This document shows positions 7,265 through 14,855 of a stretch of 44,634 nucleotides of DNA, one piece after another; the stretch's first letter is position 1; each line of letters starts with the position of its first letter. Source of the DNA: a virus; IMG/VR virus record IMGVR_UViG_3300024581_002496, positions 1-44,634 of that record; one strand, written 5' to 3'. Under the pieces are notes generated by a model that was given only the letters and a program-made list of their open reading frames with translations, did no database searches and had not been told where the DNA came from. The translations under genes and the position numbers were made by a program.

Positions 7265-7510
7265 TTATTTATTTTTAGTTAGTAATTTTTGATTATTTTT
7301 CTTAATTATCTTATCTGTTATAAGGCTATTAAGTCTTTCTATTTGTTTTTTTAATTTCAAATTCTCAAAATAATACTCTAAATACACGGGGAATTTATCC
7401 TTTTTTTTCCAACCGCAAATAGCCGCAGGGCTAATTTTTAGTATTTTTGCCAATTGATAATCACGCAAGCCGTTATCATTCATTCTTTGTCTAAATTGTG
7501 TATTATTCAT
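7265..7510 (-). CDS. HTH (XRE/Cro-like) DNA-binding protein
   Basis: LRDYQLAKILKISPAAICGWKKKDKFP is a helix-turn-helix signature. Confidence 0.55.
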   Translation of the reverse strand: MNNTQFRQRMNDNGLRDYQLAKILKISPAAICGWKKKDKFPVYLEYYFENLKLKKQIERLNSLITDKIIKKNNQKLLTKNK

Positions 7511-7931
7511 TGTTTTTATTTTTATTTAATTCTTGATATTCTTCCCAAGCTTCATTATAAGTTTTAAAAGTATTGTTATAAATATCCTCAAGAGCATCTG
7601 CAAAATTGTTATGTTTTTTGCGTAGTTTTTGGAGCTGCTGGTCTTTTGCATTTTCAATAATTTTTTTATATTCTAGGTATTTTTTATACATTTCTGCATC
7701 GTGTATTTTAGCATATTCAGTTTTAATACAAATATTATAAGCATTCATAAAATTATTAAAATCTTTAACATCAAGAAGTTGTTTAAGATCTTCTATATCT
7801 TTAGGTCCAAACGCATCTTCAACCCCACCCCATATCTTTACATTATTCCATATTTGTCTTATTTCTTTTATATGCTCATAAACTTTTTCTGCGTTATTCT
7901 TTTTTTGTTCCAATTTGTCAATTTTAGTCAT
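7503..7931 (-). CDS. Hypothetical protein
   Basis: Track ORF overlapping its neighbours by a few nt. Confidence 0.6.
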   Translation of the reverse strand: MTKIDKLEQKKNNAEKVYEHIKEIRQIWNNVKIWGGVEDAFGPKDIEDLKQLLDVKDFNNFMNAYNICIKTEYAKIHDAEMYKKYLEYKKIIENAKDQQLQKLRKKHNNFADALEDIYNNTFKTYNEAWEEYQELNKNKNNE

Positions 7932-8055
7932 TGTTTTTATTTTTATTTAATTCAGTTTCATAGGCTTTTTTAGCAGCTTCATAAGCAGCATTAGCAGCAT
8001 GAGCAGCCTCTGCCTTCCTCAGTTTCTTTTCTAGTTCTTTTAGTTTATTTGTCAT
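7924..8055 (-). CDS. Small ORF (43 aa, helical, Ala/Lys/Glu-rich), not in the ORF track
   Basis: My translation is MTNKLKELEKKLRKAEAAHAANAAYEAAKKAYETELNKNKNND. It exactly fills the gap between ssb and the next gene and has the typical MTNK start. Confidence 0.45.
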   Translation of the reverse strand: MTNKLKELEKKLRKAEAAHAANAAYEAAKKAYETELNKNKNND

Positions 8056-8063
8056 AAATCCTC

Positions 8064-8492
8064 TTAGAATGGTATTTCATCATCAAGGCTAGCTTCTGCC
8101 TCTTTAAATGCTTTATCGTCACTCTCGCTCATTTTTGGCTTGTTATCTTCTTTATTATCTAATAAAACTATCTTGCTTTCAAAGCCATTCAAAATAATTT
8201 CAGTAGTATATTTTTTGTTGCCGTCTTTATCTTCCCAGTCTCTAGTCTGTAATTTACCCTCAAGATAAATCTTTGAGCCTTTTTGAGTATAGTTTTTAAC
8301 AAGGTTTACAAGATTATCATTAAATATAACCACCTTGTGCCACTCTGATTTTGTTTTCTTTTCCCCACTTGCTTTGTCTTTCCAAGTCTCGCTAGTTGCC
8401 AAGCTAAATGAAGCCAGCTCTTTACCGCCTTGCGTTGTTCTTATTTCAGGGTCTTGTCCTATATTTCCAAGTAATGTTACTTTATTTATCAT
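8064..8492 (-). CDS. ssb: Single-stranded DNA-binding protein
   Basis: OB-fold N-terminus MINKVTLLGNIGQDPEIR..W and the acidic C-terminal tip DDEIPF. Confidence 0.9.
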   Translation of the reverse strand: MINKVTLLGNIGQDPEIRTTQGGKELASFSLATSETWKDKASGEKKTKSEWHKVVIFNDNLVNLVKNYTQKGSKIYLEGKLQTRDWEDKDGNKKYTTEIILNGFESKIVLLDNKEDNKPKMSESDDKAFKEAEASLDDEIPF

Positions 8493-8496
8493 AATT

Positions 8497-8820
8497 TTAT
8501 TTATTTAATTGTTTACAGTTAATTTTATCAAGGGTCATAATATTTTTATACATAGATAAAAAAGTCACTCTCCAAAATCTAGTTTTAATATTATAGCAAT
8601 TATTTTTTTCTATTTCGTTTTGAATATCACTAGAATTAAATTTAAAAAATAAATAATTATCTCCGTTTTTAAATACTCCTTTATCAGTAAATATTAAATA
8701 ATAACCACTATTGCGTTTATGAATTCTTTGATAATCTTTAACTTTAATTTCTGTTTTTTCACTATTGCAAGCTGTAAGAGTTAATAATAAAGAAATTAAT
8801 AATATTACTTTATTTATCAT
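8497..8820 (-). CDS. Early lipoprotein (hypothetical)
   Basis: The internal start MINKVILLISLLLTLTAC carries the lipobox LTAC. The ATG at 8820 follows the dut stop. The longer track start at 8850 overlaps dut. Confidence 0.6.
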   Translation of the reverse strand: MINKVILLISLLLTLTACNSEKTEIKVKDYQRIHKRNSGYYLIFTDKGVFKNGDNYLFFKFNSSDIQNEIEKNNCYNIKTRFWRVTFLSMYKNIMTLDKINCKQLNK

Positions 8821-8824
8821 AATT

Positions 8825-9430
8825 TTATTTTCCAGTTGAGCCATAACCACCTCTTTCAGTGTCGTTAATATTATCTACAATTTCCATTTTAGAAGGATAC
8901 AAGGGTCTAATTAGCATTTGTGCTATTTTATCACCTTTATTTATTGTATAGGGTTCGTGTCCTGCATTATAGAGTATTACGCCTATTTCTTTACGGTAGC
9001 TGTTATCAATTGTTCCAGGAGTATTTAATACTGTTATTCCCTGTTTTAAGGCTAGTCCAGAACGAGGGCGTATATCTGCTACTGCGTAAGAATAAAACTG
9101 ATAATATACACCTTCTCTTTTTAGTTCAGGAATGTTTCCATAATAATATTCTATTTTCTCATCATCATACTTGACAGCTTTTGGCAATTCAAGACTAATC
9201 CCTGTTTTAACTAGAATTCTGCCTTGTGGTTGTATAATCGCTTTATTGTCTGCAATTATTGCGTTCTTGTAATGATTTACCTTATGGTTGTTAAAATCTA
9301 TATTAGCAAGATCCGCATTGTATTCTAAACAAAAATTATCAGCATACAAGTCCCATAAATCCCCCTGATTTTCTTGAGTTGGTACTTTTGCTGTATTTGT
9401 TAGTGTTTTTACTCTAAATGGTATATTCAT
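8825..9430 (-). CDS. dut: dUTP pyrophosphatase (dUTPase) with an N-terminal region insertion
   Basis: Motifs RPRSGLA, PGTIDNSYRKEIGVILYN, GDKIAQMLI and ERGGYGSTGK. Confidence 0.85.
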   Translation of the reverse strand: MNIPFRVKTLTNTAKVPTQENQGDLWDLYADNFCLEYNADLANIDFNNHKVNHYKNAIIADNKAIIQPQGRILVKTGISLELPKAVKYDDEKIEYYYGNIPELKREGVYYQFYSYAVADIRPRSGLALKQGITVLNTPGTIDNSYRKEIGVILYNAGHEPYTINKGDKIAQMLIRPLYPSKMEIVDNINDTERGGYGSTGK

Positions 9431-9434
9431 AATT

Positions 9435-9659
9435 TTATTTAATTTGAGTTAATAATTTATTAATTCCCTTTTGAGTTTCCTCGCTCTGTTCCTCTAGGGT
9501 TTCTTTGGTTAAATCCCATTTTATTTTTTCTTGCCCGTAAATATCATATATGTAAATAATATCTATAATAGGGCTATGCTCTATTTTTGAATATATTTCA
9601 CAAATAGCAATTAAAACTCTACTAAGTGTTGTTAAATTACTTTCAAATTTATTTGTCAT
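9435..9659 (-). CDS. Hypothetical protein
   Basis: Track ORF starting MTNK. Confidence 0.55.
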   Translation of the reverse strand: MTNKFESNLTTLSRVLIAICEIYSKIEHSPIIDIIYIYDIYGQEKIKWDLTKETLEEQSEETQKGINKLLTQIK

Positions 9660-9666
9660 TTTGTTT

Positions 9667-10083
9667 TTATCTAATCAGTAATATATCACTTAAAACTTCT
9701 AAAACATTTCTATTTTTATTGAAAGTTTCAAGATCAAAATAATTTGTGTTGCTTTCTAAATTTTTAGTATAATCTTCTAATTTTGCAGGTATATCTTTTA
9801 TATTTTCTGCATTAAAAGTTTTTAGCATTTGATCTGCAATTTTTGCAATTCTTATTATTTCTTGCTTTTTTTGATTTATGTTATCTGATAAAGAATAAGC
9901 AGGCGAATCACATTCTTGTGTTTCATATATTTCTTTTACTTTCTTTGAAGCTTCTTTTAAACTACGATCTAATTCATCTAAAAAATAATCATAATCTTGA
10001 GAATGGTAATCATAAAGATATTCTGCGCCTTCAAGAAGTAAATCAGTTAGATATTGTGTTGTGTCGTTTTCTGGTCTATACAT
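9667..10083 (-). CDS. Hypothetical acidic protein, first gene after promoter cassette L1
   Basis: Track ORF preceded by the promoter and conserved leader. Confidence 0.6.
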   Translation of the reverse strand: MYRPENDTTQYLTDLLLEGAEYLYDYHSQDYDYFLDELDRSLKEASKKVKEIYETQECDSPAYSLSDNINQKKQEIIRIAKIADQMLKTFNAENIKDIPAKLEDYTKNLESNTNYFDLETFNKNRNVLEVLSDILLIR

Positions 10084-10128
10084 TGTTTTTTAAATTTAAG
10101 TTAATAATTATTGGTTGGTAGTTCTTAA

Positions 10129-10157
10129 ATAATAAAACATCTTGTCTAGTTTGTCAA
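10129..10157 (-). promoter_or_regulatory. Sigma70-like early promoter (cassette L1): TTGACA-N17-TATTAT
   Basis: Minus strand reads AAAAAAAGACTTGACAaactagacaagatgtttTATTAT, followed by the leader CCAACCAATAATTATTAACTTAAATTTAAAAAACAATG. Confidence 0.65.
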
Positions 10158-10170
10158 GTCTTTTTTTAAT

Positions 10171-10890
10171 TTATTTTAATTTATTTTTAATATTTTTTAA
10201 TTCTATATTAAAGTAATTTGTATACTTAATTATGGCTTCTTGTAATTTTGCAATATATTCTTCATCTCTATAAACTCTAATAATACAAGTATTATCAATT
10301 TTTATTTTATCTTTTAAGTGGTTGTAATCTTCCATATTATTAACAAGTCCTTTTGATATTTTTAAATTATTACAATTTTCATTATAAGAAATAAAATCAA
10401 GCCACTTTCTGCCACTAAGATATAAGCCGCCTTGTATTTGTGCAATATGTTCTAACGGCACTTTGTTTTTAAAAATGGTTTCTAGGTGTTTGCTTTTACG
10501 AGGGGCTTTTATTTCTATTAAGCCGTCTTCGCCTACTAGTCCGTCAGGTGAATATCCAAGCAATCCATCATCACTTTCAATAAAGCCTACTTCTTCTACT
10601 GGCTTTAATGTTCTTGCTTCGTATTCTTGCCTTGCTATTGGTTCAAGTCTATTGCCTCTTTCTATATCAAAGGAATTAAAAATTACTTCTTCGTTTGCTT
10701 CTTCCCATTCTTTATAGTTAAAAATAGTCTCTACAGCTTTCTTATAAGCTAAATCTTTTATTTTGGTATCAGAGGTTATTTTTTGCGTTTTCTCTGTTAT
10801 CAGGCTTTTAAAATCGCTTGCAGTTAGCTTTCCGTGTCTTAACTTGTGCCAAGCCTCCGTGTTTTGTTCTATATTTCTATGTATTATCAT
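10171..10890 (-). CDS. YqaJ-like (lambda Exo-type) recombination exonuclease
   Basis: [22 protein letters not shown] and [19 protein letters not shown] are PD-(D/E)xK YqaJ signatures. Confidence 0.8.
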   Translation of the reverse strand: MIIHRNIEQNTEAWHKLRHGKLTASDFKSLITEKTQKITSDTKIKDLAYKKAVETIFNYKEWEEANEEVIFNSFDIERGNRLEPIARQEYEARTLKPVEEVGFIESDDGLLGYSPDGLVGEDGLIEIKAPRKSKHLETIFKNKVPLEHIAQIQGGLYLSGRKWLDFISYNENCNNLKISKGLVNNMEDYNHLKDKIKIDNTCIIRVYRDEEYIAKLQEAIIKYTNYFNIELKNIKNKLK

Positions 10891-11446
10891 TGTTTTTTTT
10901 CATTACTTTAATCTTTAATCCTTTTAATAGATCTTTTAATTGATCTTTATGAAATTTACATCCATTGAAAAGAGAACCGCTTAAATTAGCATCTGTTAAA
11001 TCGCAATTTCTTAAATCAGCATCGTATAAATCAGCAAGTCCTAAATTAGCATTTCTTAAATCAGCACCGCTTAAATTAGCACCTTCTAAAATAGCAGCTC
11101 TTAAATTAGCATTACATAAAGCTGCACCTTTTAAATTAGCACCTCTTAAATCAGCACCATCTAAATCAGCAAGTCCTAAATTAGCAAATATTAAAACAGC
11201 ACCCTCTAAATTAGCATCGAATAAATTAGATTTTTCTAAATTAGCATCTCTTAAATTAGCATTTCTTAAATCAGCTTCGTATAAATCAGCAAAGCCTAAA
11301 TTAGAATTATTTAAATCGCAATCTCTTAAATCAGCATATCTTAAACTAATTTTTTCTTTTACTGCTTTTTTTACTAGTTGTTTAATTGTAAGATTTTCAT
11401 CTTCAATTATTACTTCCTTAGTTTTCCAGTTTATTATTTTACTCAT
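10877..11446 (-). CDS. Canonical pentapeptide-repeat protein
   Basis: More than 20 A(D/N)Lxx pentads: [46 protein letters not shown]... Confidence 0.85.
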   Translation of the reverse strand: MSKIINWKTKEVIIEDENLTIKQLVKKAVKEKISLRYADLRDCDLNNSNLGFADLYEADLRNANLRDANLEKSNLFDANLEGAVLIFANLGLADLDGADLRGANLKGAALCNANLRAAILEGANLSGADLRNANLGLADLYDADLRNCDLTDANLSGSLFNGCKFHKDQLKDLLKGLKIKVMKKNNDNT

Positions 11447-11543
11447 TTCTAAACTCCTGTAATTGTTCTATTTTAATATTTAATAATTTTTCAAGCTCTC
11501 TGATTTCATCTTCAAGCTTTATTTCTTGTTCTAGTTTATTCAT
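11439..11543 (-). CDS. Small ORF (34 aa, coiled-coil-like), not in the ORF track
   Basis: My translation is [34 protein letters not shown]. It overlaps both neighbours by a few nt and fills the 89-nt gap. Confidence 0.35.
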   Translation of the reverse strand: MNKLEQEIKLEDEIRELEKLLNIKIEQLQEFRNE

Positions 11544-12171
11544 TGCTTGCCCCCTCTGTTTTTGGTTCTTCTTTTGGCTCTTCTGGAGTTAGCTTTTCAG
11601 TTAGTCTTGATACAATATTATTAAATCTGTTATGTTTAATTTCTGCCAGTGATTTAACTTTTAAAGCCTCACACATTGTAATAATACTAAAATCAGGGTC
11701 AATTTCTGATACTTTATCAATTATTTTTTGTATTGTTGCAATTTCAGCAGGGTTTAATGGCCTGTCTACTGGTACTTTTTGTTGTGTTGCTTTTTGTCCG
11801 TCGTCGTCTTCCTCCTCAATCCCTAGCAATGCAGTTAGTGAATATCTTCTCATATAAGTGATTGCACTTCCGTATTTTTGCGGATTGTTTCTATCAGCTA
11901 CATTTAATGGTGCTTCTGACTCTAAGACTTGCCCGCTTTTGTGCGTGATTTCTGTTTTTAATACTTCGTTACTATCTTTTATTAGAATTTTTTGAGTTAA
12001 GAAAAAATTATTATTATTTAATGCTGGTTTTACTGCTGCTAAAATATCAGTTAAATTGGCATATTTTTTTTTAAAGTGTGGATTTAATGAAGATTTCCCG
12101 ACTGACTCTAAAGCGGATTGCACTTTGATTAAATCATCGTAAAAAGATAGTTCTTGTTTTTGTTCTGACAT
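11536..12171 (-). CDS. Erf-family single-strand annealing protein
   Basis: KKYANLTDILAAVKPAL..., GSAITYMRRYSLTALLGIEEEDDDG. Confidence 0.75.
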   Translation of the reverse strand: MSEQKQELSFYDDLIKVQSALESVGKSSLNPHFKKKYANLTDILAAVKPALNNNNFFLTQKILIKDSNEVLKTEITHKSGQVLESEAPLNVADRNNPQKYGSAITYMRRYSLTALLGIEEEDDDGQKATQQKVPVDRPLNPAEIATIQKIIDKVSEIDPDFSIITMCEALKVKSLAEIKHNRFNNIVSRLTEKLTPEEPKEEPKTEGASNE

Positions 12172-12195
12172 AGTTTTATTCTGATTTTGGTTTTA

Positions 12196-12221
12196 AGGGA
12201 GGTTTTTTATTTATCCTCCCT
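12196..12221. promoter_or_regulatory. Hairpin (7-bp stem AGGGAGG/CCTCCCT, 12-nt loop) between the small HTH ORF and erf
   Basis: Read directly. The U-rich tail is present only in the plus orientation (ttgtattatatttt). Confidence 0.4.
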
Positions 12222-12227
12222 CTTGTA

Positions 12228-12386
12228 TTATATTTTATTAAGTTGTAATTTGTCTTGATCAATTACAACTTCACCCATACGAATCCACAAATCAACTACT
12301 TTAGTTAAATTGCGTGATATATTATTTAAATTCACTGGTGATTTATTGAGTGCGATTGCTAAATTTCTGCGACTTTTAATTTTCAT
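12228..12386 (-). CDS. Small ORF (52 aa), possible Cro/Xis-like DNA-binding protein; not in the ORF track
   Basis: My translation is MKIKSRRNLAIALNKSPVNLNNISRNLTKVVDLWIRMGEVVIDQDKLQLNKI. It is the first ORF after promoter cassette L2. Confidence 0.5.
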   Translation of the reverse strand: MKIKSRRNLAIALNKSPVNLNNISRNLTKVVDLWIRMGEVVIDQDKLQLNKI

Positions 12387-12428
12387 AGTTTTATTTATTT
12401 AAGTTAATAACTGGTTGGTTATATAAAT

Positions 12429-12457
12429 ATAATAAACTAAATGATTTTAGTTGTCAA
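12429..12457 (-). promoter_or_regulatory. Sigma70-like early promoter (cassette L2): TTGACA-N17-TATTAT
   Basis: Minus strand reads AAAAAAAGACTTGACAactaaaatcatttagttTATTAT, followed by the leader ACCAACCAGTTATTAACTTAAATAAATAAAACTATG. Confidence 0.65.
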
Positions 12458-12500
12458 GTCTTTTTTTAACTTATTTTAATTATTTTTTAATTTATTTTAA

Positions 12501-12650
12501 TTACCAAGTCAATAATAAAAAGATATTGAATAGTAGTAATAAAGACAATAAACAAGGTGCAAGCATTATTAAAAATACAATCTTACAGCCGTATCTTTTC
12601 CAAAATATTTTAAATTTTCTTCTTGTTTGTGCGTTTAATGGTTTTTTCAT
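12501..12650 (-). CDS. Small membrane protein (49 aa), not in the ORF track
   Basis: My translation is MKKPLNAQTRRKFKIFWKRYGCKIVFLIMLAPCLLSLLLLFNIFLLLTW, a basic N-terminus followed by one TM helix. Confidence 0.45.
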   Translation of the reverse strand: MKKPLNAQTRRKFKIFWKRYGCKIVFLIMLAPCLLSLLLLFNIFLLLTW

Positions 12651-12658
12651 AATTTTAT

Positions 12659-12835
12659 TTATTTATTTATTAATATATCATACATATCTTCAATATGTTC
12701 TAATTCAATTTTTAAAGACTGTTCGCTTTGCTCTGCGCTAATTCCTAGCTCCAATCTTTGTTTGTGGCTTTGTTCTGCTCTTTCAGTTCTAAGCTTGTGA
12801 GCCTCTAATATTTCTTCTTGTGTTAAGTTTTTCAT
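12659..12835 (-). CDS. Small ORF (58 aa, helical), not in the ORF track
   Basis: My translation is MKNLTQEEILEAHKLRTERAEQSHKQRLELGISAEQSEQSLKIELEHIEDMYDILINK. The start lies within the conserved junction repeat. Confidence 0.5.
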   Translation of the reverse strand: MKNLTQEEILEAHKLRTERAEQSHKQRLELGISAEQSEQSLKIELEHIEDMYDILINK

Positions 12836-12862
12836 AATTTTATTTATTTAATTGATTAATAA
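12830..12862. repeat. 33-bp perfect direct repeat, copy A (3' flank of the methyltransferase gene)
   Basis: tttcataattttatttatttaattgattaataa is identical to 13818..13850. Confidence 0.95.
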
Positions 12863-13823
12863 TATGTTTAATTACTGGCACTGTAAAACTATTACCAAGT
12901 GCTTTATAGCCTTGTGTATTGCTAACCATTGACACATAATTGTCAGGGAAGCCTTGAAGTCTGCAACATTCGGTAGGGGTTAGTTTTCTTGCTTTATATT
13001 CTCCATCAGGTAAATCTATCTTATAAAGCCCTGTCTTAGCACCCCTGCCGCCGCCATTAGTAGATAAGTAAATTGACTTTCCTTTTATAGAATAAATTTT
13101 ATCCCCTTGACCTCCTTTATTAAAATGTCCTAGCTTAATTGGAACCATAGTTCTTTGTTTTTTTATAATACTATTCCAAAATACAGCCCCATTATAACTG
13201 GCGGTTAAGCTGTGACTCTTGTCTTGATAAGCGGCACCATTCTCTATTATATCTTTTAAGTAAATTTCTTTATCTTTTGGTTGTTCTATCTTTACTTGCT
13301 TATATTCTCCATTAATTAACTTGCCTACCCAGTAAAGCCTCTTTCTATTTTGAGCAGTTAATAAAGCACTATTAATCATTATAGGCTCTATATCAAATAA
13401 TTCTTTTGTGATTAGCTCTTTACTTGCTTTACTCATACTAGCAACATTTTCTAGTATAAAGTATTTAGGCTTTACCTCATTTAATATTCTAACATATTCA
13501 TAAAATAGGCTTGATCTATCGCCATCTAATCCTTTTCTATCTTTTTTAGCTATTGATAAATCTTGACAAGGTGAACCACCTATTAACAAGTCAATCTCGC
13601 CTCTATTTATATTGTAAAATTGTCTATTTCTGCCATCGTTAATATCATGATATTTAAAAAGATTCTTAATATCTCCTATATGCTTAATATCAGGGTGGTT
13701 AGCTTTAGCAACTTGAATTGCGTATTTGTCAATCTCGCTTGCATAATACTCGCAATCAATATTTAATTCTTTTAATGCTTGCCTTGCTCCTGCTAGTCCG
13801 TCAAATAAAGATAATACTTTCAT
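12840..13823 (-). CDS. DNA (cytosine-5) methyltransferase
   Basis: Motifs FDGLAG (I), GGSPCQDLS (IV), FILENV (VI), QNRKR (VIII) and GNSFTVPV (X). Confidence 0.85.
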   Translation of the reverse strand: MKVLSLFDGLAGARQALKELNIDCEYYASEIDKYAIQVAKANHPDIKHIGDIKNLFKYHDINDGRNRQFYNINRGEIDLLIGGSPCQDLSIAKKDRKGLDGDRSSLFYEYVRILNEVKPKYFILENVASMSKASKELITKELFDIEPIMINSALLTAQNRKRLYWVGKLINGEYKQVKIEQPKDKEIYLKDIIENGAAYQDKSHSLTASYNGAVFWNSIIKKQRTMVPIKLGHFNKGGQGDKIYSIKGKSIYLSTNGGGRGAKTGLYKIDLPDGEYKARKLTPTECCRLQGFPDNYVSMVSNTQGYKALGNSFTVPVIKHIINQLNK

Positions 13824-13850
13824 AATTTTATTTATTTAATTGATTAATAA
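13818..13850. repeat. 33-bp perfect direct repeat, copy B (5' flank of the methyltransferase gene)
   Basis: Identical to 12830..12862. It contains the MTase start codon. Confidence 0.95.
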
Positions 13851-13993
13851 CCTTTTTTCCCATTCAGGAAAAATGGTATTATTGATCCAGTTTCCTTGCA
13901 ATTCCTGCATTGAATTTCTTTTATTTTGTTTTCTTCGCAAATTGCCTTCCAGATATGGTGGCATTTTTTGCATATCAAATCTTTTAAAATCAT
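13844..13993 (-). CDS. Small zinc-ribbon protein (49 aa), not in the ORF track
   Basis: My translation is MILKDLICKKCHHIWKAICEENKIKEIQCRNCKETGSIIPFFLNGKKGY, with CxxC...CxxC. Confidence 0.5.
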   Translation of the reverse strand: MILKDLICKKCHHIWKAICEENKIKEIQCRNCKETGSIIPFFLNGKKGY

Positions 13994-14066
13994 AATTGTT
14001 TTATAAAAAAAGTTAATATTATTACTATTGTAATTAAAATAAATATAATGTCATTGTTTATTTTCA

Positions 14067-14855
14067 TTACTGCCCCCTGTTGCTTTCCCAGTTAAAGACA
14101 ATTTTTTGTCCTCCGCCCTCTCTCATTCTGTCAATAACTCTTTCTGTTATATATTCTTTTAAGTCGTTAATATCTAAGTTACTGATTAGAATTGTAGGTT
14201 TGCATTGCATATATCTTTCATTTAATATTTCAAATAAGATTATTTTTTCTGCCTCTGATCCGTGTTGCAATCCTATTTCATCAAGTATTAATAAATCTGA
14301 TCTAATAAAATAATTCATTGCCTCTTGCTCTTTTTCCGTGCCTCCGCCCCAAGTGTCTTTTACTTTTCTTAATGCTTTGCTAGTGTTTACATATAAAGCA
14401 GAATAACCTTTTTTCATAATCTCTTGAGCTATTGAGCAAGAAAGGTGAGTTTTGCCACTTCCATAAGTTCCTACGAATACAAGGCTTGTCCCTGCTTCTA
14501 GTTTGTTTTCAAAATTGCTAGCATAATCAAGGCAAGTCTTTTTAGCGTTACCTTGTTCTTTTGTGGTGGTTTTATAATTATCAAAACTGGCTTTTAAAAA
14601 GCGGGGCGGTATTTGTGAATTAATTAAATTACTTTGCTTTACAAGCTCCCTTTTCCTTTCTTGCTCTATTTTTCTTTCTTGCTCTTCCAGCTCCTGCTTT
14701 TGCCTCTTTTTCTCTTCAAGGCATATCTTGCAATATGGAGGCGACCATTTACCATTAAAGCAAGATATGTTGCTTTCTTGCTCGCCGTGTATCTCGCAAT
14801 TATAAATTACTGTTTTATTCTCTATCTTAAAATTTGCCGCTTGTTCCATAATCAA
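14067..14855 (-). CDS. DnaC/IstB-like AAA+ helicase loader with an N-terminal Cys-rich region
   Basis: Walker A LVFVGTYGSGKTHL and Walker B LLILDEIG. N-terminal C..H...C...CKIC. Confidence 0.8.
   Translation of the reverse strand: MIMEQAANFKIENKTVIYNCEIHGEQESNISCFNGKWSPPYCKICLEEKKRQKQELEEQERKIEQERKRELVKQSNLINSQIPPRFLKASFDNYKTTTKEQGNAKKTCLDYASNFENKLEAGTSLVFVGTYGSGKTHLSCSIAQEIMKKGYSALYVNTSKALRKVKDTWGGGTEKEQEAMNYFIRSDLLILDEIGLQHGSEAEKIILFEILNERYMQCKPTILISNLDINDLKEYITERVIDRMREGGGQKIVFNWESNRGQ

Noticed and set aside
10965-11462. 165-aa plus-strand ORF ([17 protein letters not shown]...) with striking periodicity
   Set aside because: It is the antisense reading of the pentapeptide-repeat gene. 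The periodicity is inherited from the minus-strand repeats, and the minus-strand ORF has the canonical A(D/N)Lxx motif and proper gene context.
12451-12741. 96-aa plus-strand track ORF
   Set aside because: The region is better explained by promoter cassette L2 plus two minus-strand small ORFs (12501..12650 and 12659..12835), which have the genome-typical start context.
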